In this document: in pieces, positions 24,775-38,482 of the stretch
How positions within the stretch are numbered: the stretch's first letter is position 1
Layout of the letters: each line of letters begins with the position of its first letter
NCBI RefSeq assembly: GCF_004010195.1
Contig: NC_057720.1
Span: forward strand, 2,441,002 to 2,505,001
Length of the DNA: 64,000 nucleotides
Origin: Chiloscyllium plagiosum
Lineage: Eukaryota
Reading direction: 5' to 3'
Made by a program: the position numbers and the translations under genes
Notes under the pieces: generated by a model
Databases searched by the model: none
The model's input: only the letters and a program-made list of their open reading frames with translations
Told to the model about the DNA's origin: nothing

Positions 24775-25715
24775 ATGGTTCAGCACCATTTGCAATTCCT
24801 CAGAAACCTAAACAGGCCATGTTCAAATGCAACAAGACAGGCTTGGGCTTGACAAATGGCAAGTAAAATTCATGCCACACAAATACCAAGCAATGACCAT
24901 CTCCAACAAGAGACAATTTAAACACCATCCCTTGACATTCAATGGTGTTACCATCACTGAATTCTCCTCATATTAACATCCTTGGGATTCCCATTGACCA
25001 GAAATCTAACAAGACTGGCCACATAAACACAGTGGCTGCAAGAACAAGTTAGAAGTTAGGAATTCTGAAGTGATTAACTCACCTCCTGACTCCCCAAAGT
25101 CTGTCCACCATCTACAAGGAACAAGTCAGTAGTGGGATGGAATAGTCCAGATTTGCCTGGATGGGTGCCAGCTCCAACAACACTCAAGAAGCTCAACACC
25201 ATCCAGGACAAAGCAGTCGTTGCTCAATTGGCACCACATCCACAAACATCCACTCCCTCCACCACTGACGTGCAGTAGCAGCAATGTGTACAAATTACAA
25301 ATGCACTGTAGAAATTCACTCAGAAATGTCTCTCTGGGAGAACAAGGGGATACCTTATGTTGTGAAATGGTCTACTATTGAGACCAGAAGGCTGCAAGAA
25401 ACACTACAAAAATTGACCAAAGATCCTTAGATAGCACCTTCCAAACCTGTGACCATCATCACCTAGAAGGATACATAGGAACACCAAGCCATTCACTATC
25501 CTGACTTGGAAATATATCACTATTCTCTCAGTGTCACTGGATCAAAATCCTGGAACTCCCCTCTTAAGGACATTGAGGGTCAACGCACAGCATATAGACT
25601 GCAGTGTTTCAAGAAGGCAGCTCACCCCCGCCTTCTCAAGGGCAAATAGGGATGGGCAATAAATATTGTCCAGAGACAGACTGCAAATATACTCCAGCTG
25701 CATTAATAAAAAAAA
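24775..25715 (+). mobile_element. Older CR1/L2-group LINE 3' part
   Basis: KWQVKFMPHK.QAMTIS and LSTIYK.QV; 3' end gggcaataaat. Confidence 0.8.
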
Positions 25716-26300
25716 AACCAGGTTCACAGTCTTCAAGATATTGAACAAAAGATTTTAATGCAAATGAAAGAAAAGGGCTACACTTTATTACTTAGATCTT
25801 TACAGCTAGGGGATGGAGAGCTTTCAGGACTGGACATTGAGCTGAATAATTTGAGAACATAAACCCTCTTTGTCTACTAGCTACCCATATCCTCAGCTCC
25901 TGTCAAGAAAGGGGTTGCTCACCCATTCACTGTCTATTATCACCGAGCTAGCTCCTCTTAACGCCTGGCTTACTATTAATAATCCCTTTGTCTTCCTATT
26001 ATTTCTTCTTTATCTCTCTGGACTCTGTCTCTACCTATCCTAATCATAAACAGGTTTTATGATTACTCAGAAAACCATAGTTTGATTAGACATAGTCAGC
26101 ATGGCTTTGTGAGGGGCAGGTTATGAGGACGTGACAAAGCACATTGATGAAGGTAGAGCAGTGGATGTGGTGTACATGGATTTTAACAAGGCGTCTGATA
26201 AGGTTCCCCATGGTAGGCTCATTCAAAAAGTAAGGCATCATGGGACTCAGGGAACTTCGGCTGTCTGGATACAGAATTGGCTGGCCCATAGAAGACAGAG

Positions 26301-27373
26301 GTTCTGGATGTAGGTTTGCTCGCTGAGCTGGAAGGTTCACTTCCAGATGTTTCATCACCCTACTAGGTAACATCTTCAGTGGGCCTCCGGTTGCTAGATG
26401 GGGTCTAACTCGATGTGTTTGTTTAGATTCCTTACAGTGTGGAAACAGGCCCTTCAGCCCAACAAGTCCACACTGACCCTCTGAAGGGTAACCCACCCAG
26501 ACATATTTCCCTCTGACTAATGCACCTAACACTATGGGCAATTTAGCATGGCCAATTCACCTGACCTGCGCAGCTTTGGACTGTGGGAGGAAACCAGAGC
26601 ACTCGGAGGAAACCCATGCAGACATGGGGAGAATGTGCAAACTCCACACAGATAGTTGCCAGAGGCTGGAATCAAACCTGGGACCTTGGTGCTGTGAGGC
26701 AGCAGTGCTAACCACTGAGCCACCATGCTGCCCTTGATAGAGTTCCAGTTGGAATGCCATGTTTCTAGGAGTTCTCATGCATGTCTCTGTTTGGCTTGTC
26801 CTAGGATGGATGTGTTGTCCCAGTCGAAGTGGTGTCTGTCCTTATCCGTATGTGAGGATATTAGTGAGAGAGGGTCATGTCGTTTTGTGGCTAGCTGAAG
26901 TTCATGTATCCTGGTGGATAGTTTTCTGTCTGTTTGTCCAATGTTGTGTTTGTTACAGTCCTTGCATGATATTTTGTAAATAGAATTAGTTTTGCTTGGT
27001 GTCTGTTCGGGTCTTTCAAGTTCATTAAATGCTGTTTTAGTGTGTTGGTGGGTTTGTGGGCTACCCCTAGAATTCCTAGAAGCATGGCATTCCAACCGGA
27101 GCCCTATCAACAAATACATTGAGTTAGATCCCATCTACCACCCCCTGAGAAAAAGAACAGGAAATGACATCACCACAGGAAATGGTGTCACAACCCAAAG
27201 AAACCCAAACATGTAAATAGAAAGCAGGAATTATCAGTAGTGCTTTCCCCGGAGGCCCATTGAAGATGTTACCTAGTAGGGTGATGAAACATCTGGAAAT
27301 GAACCTTCCAGCTCAGCGAGCAAATGTACATCCAGAACCTCAACCTAAGCGACAAATCTTCACAAAACTTGCT
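26301..27373. mobile_element. Inverted (head-to-head) Penelope-like insertion with GIY-YIG remnant and two hammerheads
   Basis: 9-bp TSD AAGACAGAG (26292-26300, 27374-27382). Minus arm: IYKISCKDCNKHNIGQTDRKLSTRIHE. Plus arm from about 27064. Hammerheads at 26343-26382 (-) and 27257-27296 (+). Confidence 0.9.
26422..26733 (-). mobile_element. HE1-type V-SINE nested in the PLE
   Basis: Complete head, V-domain and tail. Confidence 0.92.
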
Positions 27374-28530
27374 AAGACAGAGAGTGGTAGTAGATGGTAT
27401 TCAGCCTGGAGTTTGGTGACCAGTGGTGTTCTGCAGGGATCTGTTCTGGGACCCCTGCTCTTTCTGATTTTTATAAATGACTTGGATGAGGAAATGGAAG
27501 GATGGGTTAGTAAGTTTGCTGATAACATGAAGTTTGGTGGAGTGGTGGATTGTGTAGAGAGCTGTTGCAGGTTGCAGTGAGACATTGAGAGGATGTAGAA
27601 CTGAGCTGATAAGTGGCAGATGGAGTTCAACCTGGACAAGTGTGAAGTGATTCATTTTGGAAGGTCAAATTTGAATGCGAATACAGGGTTAAAGGTAGGA
27701 TTCTTGGCAGTGTGGAGGAACAGAGGGATCTTGGGGTCCATGTCCATAGATCTCTCAAAGTTGCCACCCAAGTTGATAGGTTTGTTAGGAAGGCATATGG
27801 TGTGTTGGTTTTCATTACCAGGGGAATTGAGTTTAAGAGCTATGAGGTTATACTGCAGCTCTATACAGCCCTGATTAGATCACACTAGGGATATTGTGTT
27901 CAGTCTGGTAACCTCATTATAGGAAGGATGTGCAAGCTTTAGAGAGGGTACAGAGGAGATTTACCAGGATGCTGCCTGGACTGGAGGGCATGTCTTATGA
28001 AGAAAGGTTGAAGGAGGTCGGGCTTTTCTCATTGGAGCGAAGAAGGATGAGACGTGACTTGATGGAGGTGTACAAGATAATGAGAGGTATAGATTGAGCA
28101 AATCTTTGCTATGGCAAAAATGTCTATGATGAGGGCGCATGATTTTAAGGTGATTGGAGGAAGGAGATGTTAGAGGTAAGTTCTTTACACAGAGAGTAGT
28201 GGGTGTGTGGAATGCACTGCCAACGGTGGTAGTAGAGTCAGAGATATTAGGGACATTTAAGCAACTCTTAGATAGGTACATGGGTGGTAGTAAAATGAAG
28301 GATATGTAGGTTAATTTGATCTTAGAGTTGGATAAAGGTTCAGCACAATATCAAGGGCTAAAGGGCCTGTACTGTGCTGTACTGTTCTATGTTCTATCTG
28401 CTCATGCTTCCCAGCCCTGTCATCAGCATAAATAACATCTTTTCCTTGCTGCAGTCAGTTCTGAAGAAAGGTCATTGGACTTGCAACTTAATTTTGCTTT
28501 CTGTCCACCAATGCTGCCAGACCTGTTGAG

Positions 28531-28839
28531 TTTAGATGAGATGACCTACAGTGTAGAAACAGGCCCTTCAGCCCAACAAGTCCAAAAGGGCAATCCACCC
28601 AGATCCGTTCCCCTACATTTACCCCTTTACCTAACACCACAGGTAATTTAGCATGGCTAATTTACCTAATCTGCACATTTTTGGATTATGGGAGGAAACC
28701 GGAGCACCCGGAGGAAACCCACACAGACATGGGGAGAATGTGCAAACTCCACACAGATAGTCACCCGAGGCTGGAATTGAACCCGGGTCTCTGGTGCTGT
28801 GAGGCAGCAGTGCTAACCACGCTGCCACCGTGTCACCCC
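28531..28839 (-). mobile_element. HE1-type V-SINE
   Basis: Complete head, V-domain and tail. Confidence 0.92.
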
Positions 28840-29431
28840 CGTTTACCCACCAATTTCTGTTTTTGTTTGTTTTACATTTTATTACATTGTCCAATTGCAC
28901 CTCGTTCATACTCGATGTTATGTTTGTGAAGATGCAAATAGGTATGAGTGGAAATTTGATCCATGGAAAAACAGTGTAATGACAAGTCTGATTTGGGGCC
29001 AGGTTCCTGGTTCTGCACTCAGCAGAAACTCTATCACTTTACATTTCATCTTGGACAATATGGATAAAATTTTATTTTCAACTGTATAGTGTTTCAGATC
29101 CTCATGAGGCAGGGAAATCAAAAGGAAATTGAAATATGTGGAATCTACACTACAAACAGAATCAGCATAAAATGTAAGAGTAAATATTGGCCATTCAATG
29201 TGATTATGATAATCCTCCACATTTCTGCCCTTTCCCCACAACCCTCGATTCCCTTACTGATTAGAAAATTGTCTTTTTGTGTCTTGAAAATAATTAGTGA
29301 TTCAACTTCAAAGTCTCAGTCTCCACACACCATGGATTTAAAACGAAACCTGAGAATTTTGTTTTCATAATAAGTAGCGACCTGCAGTATGCTACCTGAA
29401 AGGGTGGTGGGAGCTGATTCAATAATAATAA

Positions 29432-29632
29432 TCCACTGAATCGTTTTCCATGGTTTCAGTTACCCGCGGTTTCCCGTGGCCCAAACATATGAAAGGGAAC
29501 GTTTGAGAACCAGAGACAAGGAGGCTGCTGGGAAGGTACGTTTCTCATTTGAGTGAATGTGTTCACTCCTATCCGCGGTTTTGGGCATCTGCTGTAGGTC
29601 CTGGAACGTATCCCCCGTGGGTACAGGGTGGT
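29432..29632. mobile_element. Tigger/pogo-type MITE remnant
   Basis: tttcca(t)ggtttcagttacccgcgg and atccgcggtttt..gcatc....ggtc.tggaacgtatcccccg resemble MER44/Tigger7-type subterminal sequences. Confidence 0.6.
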
Positions 29633-30141
29633 GAGGGAGCAAAAATAATTAATGTGAGTAAAAGATTGCAGGACTGTGAAGAAAGAGCTGGGTGATTGTG
29701 ACTCTTATTTATTCATTCAAGGGATAAGTGTGTTGATGAATAGGCCAGCATTTATTGCCTATCCTTAAGTAGCCAGAGAAAGTGGTGGTGAGCTGCCTCC
29801 TGGATCTGTTGTAGTCTATGGGCTATAGAGACACTTGCAAGGCTGTTTGGGAGGGAATTGTGGATTTTGATTCAAAGTAACTGAAGGAATGGTGATGTTT
29901 CTAAGTCAGGATGGTGTGTGGTTTTGGCGTGTGAACATGCAGTTGATGGTGTTCCCATGTATTTGTTATTCCTTGTCCTTCTATTTTGCTGAACAATGGG
30001 TTAACATGAGAGACTACTGGTTCAAGCACAGTCAATATACATTCCTTCAAATAGGAAAGGTTGGGCAAATAAATTCAGAGCTCCTTGGATGACAATGACA
30101 ATAGAAATTAAAATAAAGAAGAAGGTGCTTATGACAGCAGC

Positions 30142-30439
30142 AGGGTGGCAAGGTGACTCAGTGGTTTGCACTGCTGCCTCGAAGTGCCAGGGTTTGATTC
30201 CAGTCTCTGGTGACTGTGTGGAGTTTGCACAATCTCCCTGTGCAGTTTCTTCCCACAGTTCAAAGTTGTGTAGGTTAGGTAGATTGTCCATGCTGAATTG
30301 CCCCCTAGTGTTCAGGGATGTGCAGGCTAGGTGGAATGGCTATGGGAAATGCAGGTGGTTGGTCTGGATAGGATGCTCTTTGGAGGGTTGGCGTGGACTT
30401 GATGGGCTGAATAGCCTGCTTCCGATAGGGATTCTATGA
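30142..30439 (+). mobile_element. HE1-type V-SINE
   Basis: tRNA head and V-domain. Confidence 0.85.
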
Positions 30440-30580
30440 CAGGTGAAAGTGAGGACTGCAGATGCTGGAGATCACAGTCAAAATTAAAGTGGTGCTGAAA
30501 AGCACAGCAGGTCAGGTAGCATCTGAAGAGCAGGAAAAGAGCAGGAAAATAGACATTTTGGGCAAAAGCCCTTCATCAGT
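30440..30580 (-). mobile_element. Short hammerhead-type PLE terminus, decayed
   Basis: Homologous to 4608-4736; reverse reads CTGATGA-A-GGGC-tttt-GCCC-AAAATGTC. Confidence 0.75.
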
Positions 30581-30614
30581 CCCTTCATTTCTGATAAAGA
30601 ACTTCTGTAAATTG

Positions 30615-31420
30615 GGCTGAGGGTAAAAGGGCAGGGAGGTTATGCTGAACTAGAGGACATTTACTGGACCTCAGCTGGAATATTGTGGACAGTTCTGGGT
30701 GCCACATTGTAGAAAGAAGTGAACACATTGAAGAAAGGGCAAAAGAGATTTACGCGATTGGTTCCAGGAATGAAGGATTTCAGTGATGACGATAGATTGA
30801 AGAAGTTGGGACTGTTTTCCTTTCAAAGGAAGTTGATAAGAGGAGAATTAATAAAGTTTGTCAAAATTATAAGGCTCCTGGACACAGTGGATAGGAAGAA
30901 ACTATCCTCACTTGTAAATAGATAGCAGGCAGACAGTTTTTAAAGTATTTTTCAAAAGAAGCAAATGTGAGATTCAAAGAAATCTTTTCACATTGCGAAT
31001 GGTTTGTGGCTGGAAGTGCGCTTTTTAATTCAGACAGTTTTTAATTGTGACATTTCAGACAGCATTGGATTTTTATTAAACAGAAACAAAGTATAGTGTC
31101 ATTGGGTGATATAACTGCACAGAGGCAGGTATCCCATCACCGAGTCACCCTTTATTTACATGTGCACAGTAGACAGGCTACGGTCAGCCAGCTCAGAGTC
31201 AGTCCCCTGAGCTGAGGAGATTCTAATCTCCTAGTTATGTTGGTCAACCAGGGCTTTCCTGATGGGAATGTTAACCTGGGCCAAGGACCTCACAGTCAAC
31301 GAGATCCAGCTGGTTTCAATTACTACATGGGGAAAAGTCAGGGGTTTGGCATTAAATTAAAATGCTCAGACAGCTGGTGCAGACATGATGGGTCAAATGG
31401 TATCCTTCTGCGCCATAATA
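30615..31420 (+). mobile_element. CR1 3' fragment interrupted by a solo LTR
   Basis: QLEYCGQFW, QKRFTRLVPGMK and LKKLGLFS. Confidence 0.75.
31107..31327 (-). mobile_element. Gypsy solo LTR
   Basis: TG...CA termini, 4-bp TSD TGGG (31103-31106, 31328-31331); similar to the LTR at 12885/14683. Confidence 0.8.
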
Positions 31421-32266
31421 ATGCAGGAATTATGTGAGGTGGTAAAGTTCACCAGTTTGGACAGTGCCAGCAATGAATCTAGGTGAGTTCCTGCAGTGCA
31501 TTTTATAACTGTTTTTAGAAACCAGCACCGGCACAATGGGCCAAATGGTCTCTTCTTGTAGTGTATCCTTTCTATGTTTCTATAAATAGCATAAGATTAG
31601 GGATGGGAGTCAAGACCAGCAAACTGGCTGCAGGATGTCCTGTTCTACTGCACTTCGATCAGCAGACAGTGCCTTTAGGCATTTCAGAGGTTCAGTAGAG
31701 TGATTGGGATTTGTATTGACAGCAGTGGTTCACTGATACATGTTCTTTTCTGCATACCAATGTACAATTATAATGATAATAGCTGACTGATGGGGAAAGC
31801 AGGTCTTTCTTTCCTAGGGATGGAAAGTTTCCTGTGATGGGAGGTTGTAGCTGGAAATATACACATCTGTTAGTACGATCTGAATCATTCAGCTTTCTGC
31901 TGTAATGCTCAAGCTTCCGAATCATTTGGCTCTGTAACGACAAGTTATTTACATCCTTTTCTTCAATCCCCTTTCCCTTCAGGGAGAGCTTACTATGGCA
32001 TAATGAAAGCCTCAAGAATAAAATTCCTCTGTTTAAGTTTGTAGAGGTTCCCATTTTACTGCTGAGGACTGAGTAGACCACAGCTTTTGTTATGGTTGTA
32101 CAGGATGTGGGCATTGCTGGCAAGGCTTGAATTTGCTGCCCACCCATCATTGTAACATCTGGGCTATTTCAGGGGCCAGTTAAGAGTCAACCACAAGTCT
32201 GGAGTCATATGTAGAATGGACTGAAGAAGGACAGCAGATTTCCCTCCCAAAAGGACATTATCATCA

Positions 32267-32612
32267 TTGAATTCCCACAAAGTGGAAGCAAGACATTCGG
32301 CCCATCGAGTCCACACCAACCCTCTGAAGAGCATCCCACTCAGCCCCATGCCTGTAACCCTGCATTTTCCATGGCTAATCCACCTAGCTTGCACATCCCT
32401 GGACACTATGCGGCAATTTAGCATGCATGGCCAATACACCTAACCTGCACATCTTTGCACTGTGGGAAGAAACTGGAGAACCCAGAGGAAACCCATGCAG
32501 ATACAGAGAGAATGTGCAAACTCCACACAGACAGTTACCCAAAGGTAGAATCGAACTCAGGTCTCTGGTGCTATGAGGCAGCAGCGCTAACCACTGAGCC
32601 ACCGTGCCACCC
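32267..32612 (-). mobile_element. HE1-type V-SINE nested in the older LINE tail (32095-32660)
   Basis: Complete head and V-domain. Confidence 0.9.
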
Positions 32613-32999
32613 TCACATTAGAGAGTCAGCTGGTTTTTTTTAATGACAATGGTTACATAGTTATAACTTAGCCAACTGACCAATTTCCAAGAATTCTGAA
32701 TTGCTGTAGCAACATACACTTTTACAAAGATGTTGTACCCTAGAGCTACAGAGAATGGTACTGGTTGCTCGTGGTGAAAAGGAACTGACCAACTTAATGA
32801 AAAAACTAAGGTGCGAATTAAGTTAATAAAAATGATTAGAAATGAAATGTTTTATGGCCAGCATTTGAATACGTACCAGGCAATTCTACACTGAAAAGTG
32901 CAGGATTTTTAGAGACCTTAATGGGTAGCCAATAGCCTGTGATAAAAGCCAAATTCAGGACTGTAGAGATTCATGATAGAAACAGAATAAGCAAAATGA

Positions 33000-33266
33000 T
33001 AAACAAGAAATAAAATACTTGGATGCAGGAAATTTGAAACAAAAACAGAAATTGCTGGAAAATCTCAGCAGGTCTGACCGCATCTGTGGTGAGAAAGCAG
33101 AGTTAATGTTTTGGATCCAATGACCCTTCTTCAGAGTTGATTGTAACTGGAAAAAGTTGGTATTTAGGCTGAGGTCTGGGGGCTGAGGAGGAAGGAGGAC
33201 GGGAAGGGAGTGAATAATCAGTGGAGGTGGAGCCCAGAGAGAAAGAACAGCAGTTGGGTAGACAAA
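33000..33266 (-). mobile_element. PLE terminus with decayed hammerhead (33100-33138)
   Basis: Reverse reads CTGAAGA-A-GGGTC-attg-GATCC-AAAACATT-aactc. Confidence 0.75.
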
Positions 33267-33615
33267 GGAACATAGAACATAGAACATTACAGCGCAGTAC
33301 AGGCCCTTCGGCCCTCAATGTTGCGCTGACCTGTCATACCAATCTGAAACCCATCTAACCTACACTATTCCATGTACGTTCATTTGCTTGTCCAATGACA
33401 ACTTAAATATACTTAAAGTTGGCGAATCTACCATCATTGCAGGCAAAGCATTCCATACCCTAACTACTCTCTGAGCAAAGAAACTACCTCTGACATCTGT
33501 CCTATCTCTATCACCCCTCAATTTAAAGCTGTGCCCCCTCGTGCTTGCTGTCACTATATTTGGAAAAAGGCTCTCTCTGTCCACCCTATCTAACACTCTG
33601 ATTATCTTATATGTC
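33267..33615 (-). mobile_element. CR1 3' end
   Basis: LDRVDRESLFP..TRGHSFKL; (CATAGAA)n tail. Confidence 0.9.
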
Positions 33616-33631
33616 TTATAAGGAGTGAATG

Positions 33632-35897
33632 AAGAACAAAGAACAAAGAAAATTTAGATTAGATTAGATTTCAGTGTGGAAACAGGCCTTTCGGCCCAAC
33701 AAGTCCACACCGACCCGCCGAAGCGAAATCCACCCATACCCCTACATTTGCCCCTTACCTAACACTACGGGCAACTTAGTATGGCCAATTCACCTGACCC
33801 TGCACATCTTTGGACTGTGGGAGGAAACCGGAGCACCCGAAGGAAACCCACGCAGACACGGGGAGAATGTGCAAACTCCACACAGTCAGTCGCCTGAGGT
33901 GGGAATTGAACCCGGGTCTCTGGCGCTGTGAGGCAGCAGTGCTAACCACTGTGCCACCGTGCCGCCCTTGCAGCCCAGGAACAGGCCCTTGGGCCCTCCA
34001 AGCCTGTGTCGATCCAAATCCACTGTCTAAACTTATTGCCCAAATCCTAAGGATCTGTATCCTTTGCTCCCCACCTACTCATGCATCTGTCCGGATGCTC
34101 CTTAAATGAATCTACCGTGCCTGCCTCTACCACCTCTGCTGGCAACGCCTACCACCCTCTGTGTAAAGTACTTTCTGTGTGTATTCTCCTTAACCTTTCC
34201 ACCTCTCACCTTGAAAGCGTGACCTCTTGTTATTGAATCCTTCACCCTGGGAAAAAGATTGTCTTTATCCACCCTGTCTATACCCTTCATGATTTTGTAA
34301 ACCTTAGTCAGGTCCCCCGTCAATCTCCTTTTTTCTAATGAAAACAATCCTAACTTACTCAACCTCTCTTCATAGCTAGCACCTTCCATCCCAGGAAACA
34401 TCCTTGTAAACCTTCTCTGTACCCTCTCCAAAGCGTCCACGTCCTTTTGGTAACGTGGCAACCAGAACTGTACACAGTATTCTAAATGCGGCTGAACCAA
34501 TGTCTTGTGCAGTTTTAACATGACCTGCTCTTATACTCAATACCCCGTCCGATGAAGTCAAGCATTCTATATGCCTTCTTGACCACTCTATCCACCTGTG
34601 CAGCAACCTTCAGGGTACAATGGACCTGCACTCCCAGATCTCTCTGCTCATCAACTTTTCCCAAGGCTCTTCCGTTTACCGTATAGATCGCTCTAGAATT
34701 AGACTTCCCAATATGCATCACCTCACATTTGACTGGATTGAACTCCATCTGCCACTTCTCCGCCCAACTCTCCAGTCTATCTATATTCTCCTGTATTCTT
34801 TGACAGTCCCTTATGCTTTCTACTTCTCCACCAATCTTCGTGTCATCTGCAAACTTACTGATCATACAAACAATGCCCTCTTCCAGATCATTTATGTATA
34901 TTACAAACAGCAGTGGCCCCAGCACTGCCTGCTGTGGAACACCACTGGTCACCTTTCTCCATTTCAAGAAACTCCCTTCAACTATTAATCTGTCTCCTGT
35001 TGCCCAGCCAGTTCTTTATCCACCTAGCTACAACACCCTGCTCTCCATGTGACTTCACTTTCTCCATTAGTTTAACATGGGGAACCTTATCAAACACCTT
35101 ACTAAAGCCCATGTGTATGACATCTGCAGCCCTTCCTTCATCTACCAAATTGGTCACTCCCTCAAAGAACTCTATTAAGTTGATAAGGCACAATCTCCCC
35201 CGCACTGATAAGCCTATTCTCTTCCAAATATAAATAGATCCTATCCCTCAGTACCTTCTCCAGCAACTTTCCCACCACTGACGTCAGGCTCACATGTCTG
35301 TAGTTACCTGGAATATTCCAACTAGCCTTCTTGTACAGGGGGACAACATGAGCAAACCTCCAGTCCTCCAGTATCTCACCTGTGTTTAAGGATGCTGCAA
35401 AGATATCTGTCAGGGATCCAGCTATTTCCTCTCTCGCCTTCCATCCGGTCCTGGGGATTTGTCCACCTTAGTATCCTTTAGCCTACCTAACGTATCCTCC
35501 CTCCTTAAGCCAGAGTAAACAAACTTCTATCTCTAATCTCAACGTTCATCATGTCCCTCTCCTCACTGAACACTGATGCAAAGTAATCATTCAGAATCTC
35601 ACCCATTTTCTCAGGTTCGACACACAACCTTCCTTCCTTTCCTTTAGTGGACCAACCCTTTCTCTGGTTACTCGCTTGCTTCTTATCTATGAATAAAAGA
35701 CTTTGGGATTCTCCTTAACTCTGTTTGCTAAAGTTAAGATTGGTCCTCTTCTCCTGATATTCCTCCAAGGCCCGTTCTGTTCTTCGCTGCCTGGACCTTG
35801 TGTACACTCCCCTTTTCCTCTTGGCTAGTTGCACAATTTCTCCTGTCATCCACGGTTCACGAATCTTGCCTTTCCTATCCTTTGTTTTCAAAGGGAC
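33632..35897 (-). mobile_element. CR1 ORF2, 5' truncated, with HE1 SINE (33654-33967) in its tail
   Basis: SGVPQ..VLGPLLFVIYINDL, SKFADDTK and PHLEYCVQFW. Confidence 0.92.
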
Positions 35898-38482
35898 CTG
35901 CACACCAAGATCCCTCTGTTCCTCCACACTGCCAAGAATCCTATCCTTAATCCTGTACTCAGCTTTCAAATTCAACCTTCCAAAATGCATCACCTCGCAT
36001 TTATCCAGGTTGAACTCGATCTGCCGCCTCTCAGCCCATCTCTGCATCCTGTCAATGTCTCGCTGCAGCCTACAACAGCCCTCTATACTGTCTACAACAC
36101 CTCCAACCCTTGTGTCGTCTGCAACCTTGCTGATCCATCCTTCAATCCTTTCATCCAAGTCATTAATAAAAATTGCAAACAGTAGAGGCCCAAGGACAGA
36201 GCCCCATGGAACTCCACACACCACTGACTTCCAGGCACAATATTTTCCTTCTACTACCACTCGCTGTCATCTGTTGGCCAGCCAATTCTGTATCCAGACA
36301 GCTAAGTTCCCCTAAATCCCATTCCTCCTGACCTTCTGAACAAGTCTACCATGGGGAACCTTATCAAATGCCTTGCTGAACTCAATACACACCACATCCA
36401 CAGCTCAACCCTCATCAACGTTTCTAGTCACATCCTCAAAGAACTCGATAAGGTTTGTGAGGCATGACCTGCCCCTCACAAAGTTGTGTTGACTGCATTT
36501 AATCAAGCCATGCTCTTCCAGATGGTCATAAATCCTATCCCTCAGAATCCTTTCTAACACCTTGCAGACGACAGACGTGAGACTTACTGGTCTGTAATTG
36601 CCGGGGATTTCCCTATTTCCTTTCTTGAAGAGAGGAATTACATTTGCCTCTCTCCAGTCCTCAGGTACGACTCCAGTGGAGAGCGAGGATGCAAAGATCT
36701 TGCAAGTGGCGAAGCAATTGCATTTCTCGTTTCCCAAAGCAGCCAAGGGCAAATCTGGTCCGGGCCTGGCGACTTGTCAATCTTAAGGTTTGACAAAATT
36801 TTCAGCACATCACCTTCCTCTATCTCTATCCATTCCAGCATGCACACCTGCTCTTCAAAGGTTTCATTAACTACAAAGTTAGTTTCTTTCATAAAGACAG
36901 AAGCAAAAAACTCATTTAGAACTTTCCCTACCTCCTCAGACTCCACACACAAATTCCCTATGCTAACCCTGATCGGCCCTATTCTTTCTTTGACCATTCT
37001 AGAGCTGAGCTTGACCCTAGCTTCCTCCACCTTATGTAAGCTACCTTCTTCCTTTTGACGAGAAGCTCCACCACTCTCGTCATCCAATGTTCCTTTATCT
37101 TGCCCCTTCTTGCCTGTCTCAGAGGGACATATTTATTCATCACTTGCAACAACTGTTCCTTAAACAGTCTCCTCATGTCTATAGTGCCTTTACCATGGAG
37201 CAATTGCTCCCAATCCATGCTTCCTAACTCATGTCTAATCGCATCATAGTTTCCTCTTCCCCAATTAAATATCCTCCCATTTTGCCTAATCCTTTCCTTC
37301 TCCATAGCTATGTAGAATGTGAGGCAGTTGTGGTCACTATCACCAAAATGCTCTCCCACCACAAGGTCTGATACCTGCCCCAGCTTGTTTCCGAGCACCA
37401 GGTCTTGAATGCCCTCTCCCCTTGTCGGCCTGTCAACGTACTGAGTTAGGAAATCCTCCTGAACACAGCTTAAAAAAACAGCTCCATTCAAATCTTCTGC
37501 TCGAAGGAGGTTCCAATCAATATTGGGAAAGTTAAAGTTACCCATTACAACAACCCTACTACATCCACACTTTTCCAAAATCTGCCGACCTATGCTCTCT
37601 TCAATCTCCCTGCTGCTATTGGGGGGCCTGTAGTAAACCCGTAATGAGGTGACTGCTCCCTTACTGTTCCTAATTTCCACCCATACTGACTCGGTAGGCA
37701 GATCTTCCACGACAATGGATGCTTCTGTAGCTGTGATACCCTCTCTGATTAGTTGTGCTTCACCCGCTCCTCTTTATCCCCCCTCCCTATGCTCTAAACC
37801 CTGGAACATCCAGCAACCATTCCTGCCCCTGAGAAGTCCATGTCTCTGTTATGGCCACAACATCATAGCACCAGGTACTGATCCATGCTCTAAGTTCGTC
37901 GCTTTTATTCCTGATACTCCTTGCATTAAAGCAAACACACTTTAACTGATCCCTTGGTCTCTTCCCAGGAAAATCATTCCTAAGAGCTGGTCTACCTCTT
38001 GCTATTGCCTCATCTGCATCAACTCTCACCTCCGGTATACAGCTCAGGCTCCCACCCCTCTGCCATACTAGTTTCAACCCTCTCGAACTACTCGGGCAAA
38101 CCTTCCACCCAGGACATTGGTCCCCTTCCAGTTCAGATGCAACCCGTCCTTCTTGTACAGGTCCCACCTTCCCCAGAAGGCATCCCAATTATCTACATAC
38201 CTGAAGCCCTCCCTCCTACACCAGCTGCGCAGCCACGTATTAAGCTGCGCCCGCTCCCTGTTCTTCGCCTCGCTATCTCGTGGCACTGGTAGTAAACTAG
38301 AGAGCACTACTCTGTTCGTCCTGCTTTGCAGCTTCCATCCTAACTCCCTGAAATCATTTTTTATATCCTCAATCCTTTTTCTGGCTATATTATTGGTGCC
38401 AATATGTAACATGATTTCTGGCTGTTTGCCCTCCCCTTTTAGAACCTTATACACCCGATCGGAGACGTTCCAGACCCTGGCA
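35898..38482 (-). mobile_element. CR1 ORF1 (SGNH) plus APE and RT, degenerate
   Basis: ORFs 38074..38571, 37787..38188, 36979..37710, 36405..36752 and 35715..36260 tile a CR1. Confidence 0.93.

Larger units (their letters stand above)
26080..28397 (+). mobile_element. CR1 ORF2 RT to 3' tail (26080-26300 and 27374-28397)
   Basis: DVVYMDFNKA.DKVPH, SGV.QGSVLGPLLF.IFINDL and SKFAD; ttctatg tail. Confidence 0.92.
25900..28533 (+). mobile_element. PLE terminus (25900-26040 and 28398-28533) split by a CR1
   Basis: Both halves align with the reverse complement of 33000-33266; degenerate CTGAAGA..GGTC..GAC at about 28457-28495. Confidence 0.55.

Noticed and set aside
26534..26737. Recurrent small ORFs such as CGRKPEHPEETHADTGRMCKLHT
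   Set aside because: Antisense translation of the HE1 SINE.
31692..32150. 152-aa minus-strand ORF
   Set aside because: It starts inside a LINE tail, has no recognisable domain and lacks clear splice support.
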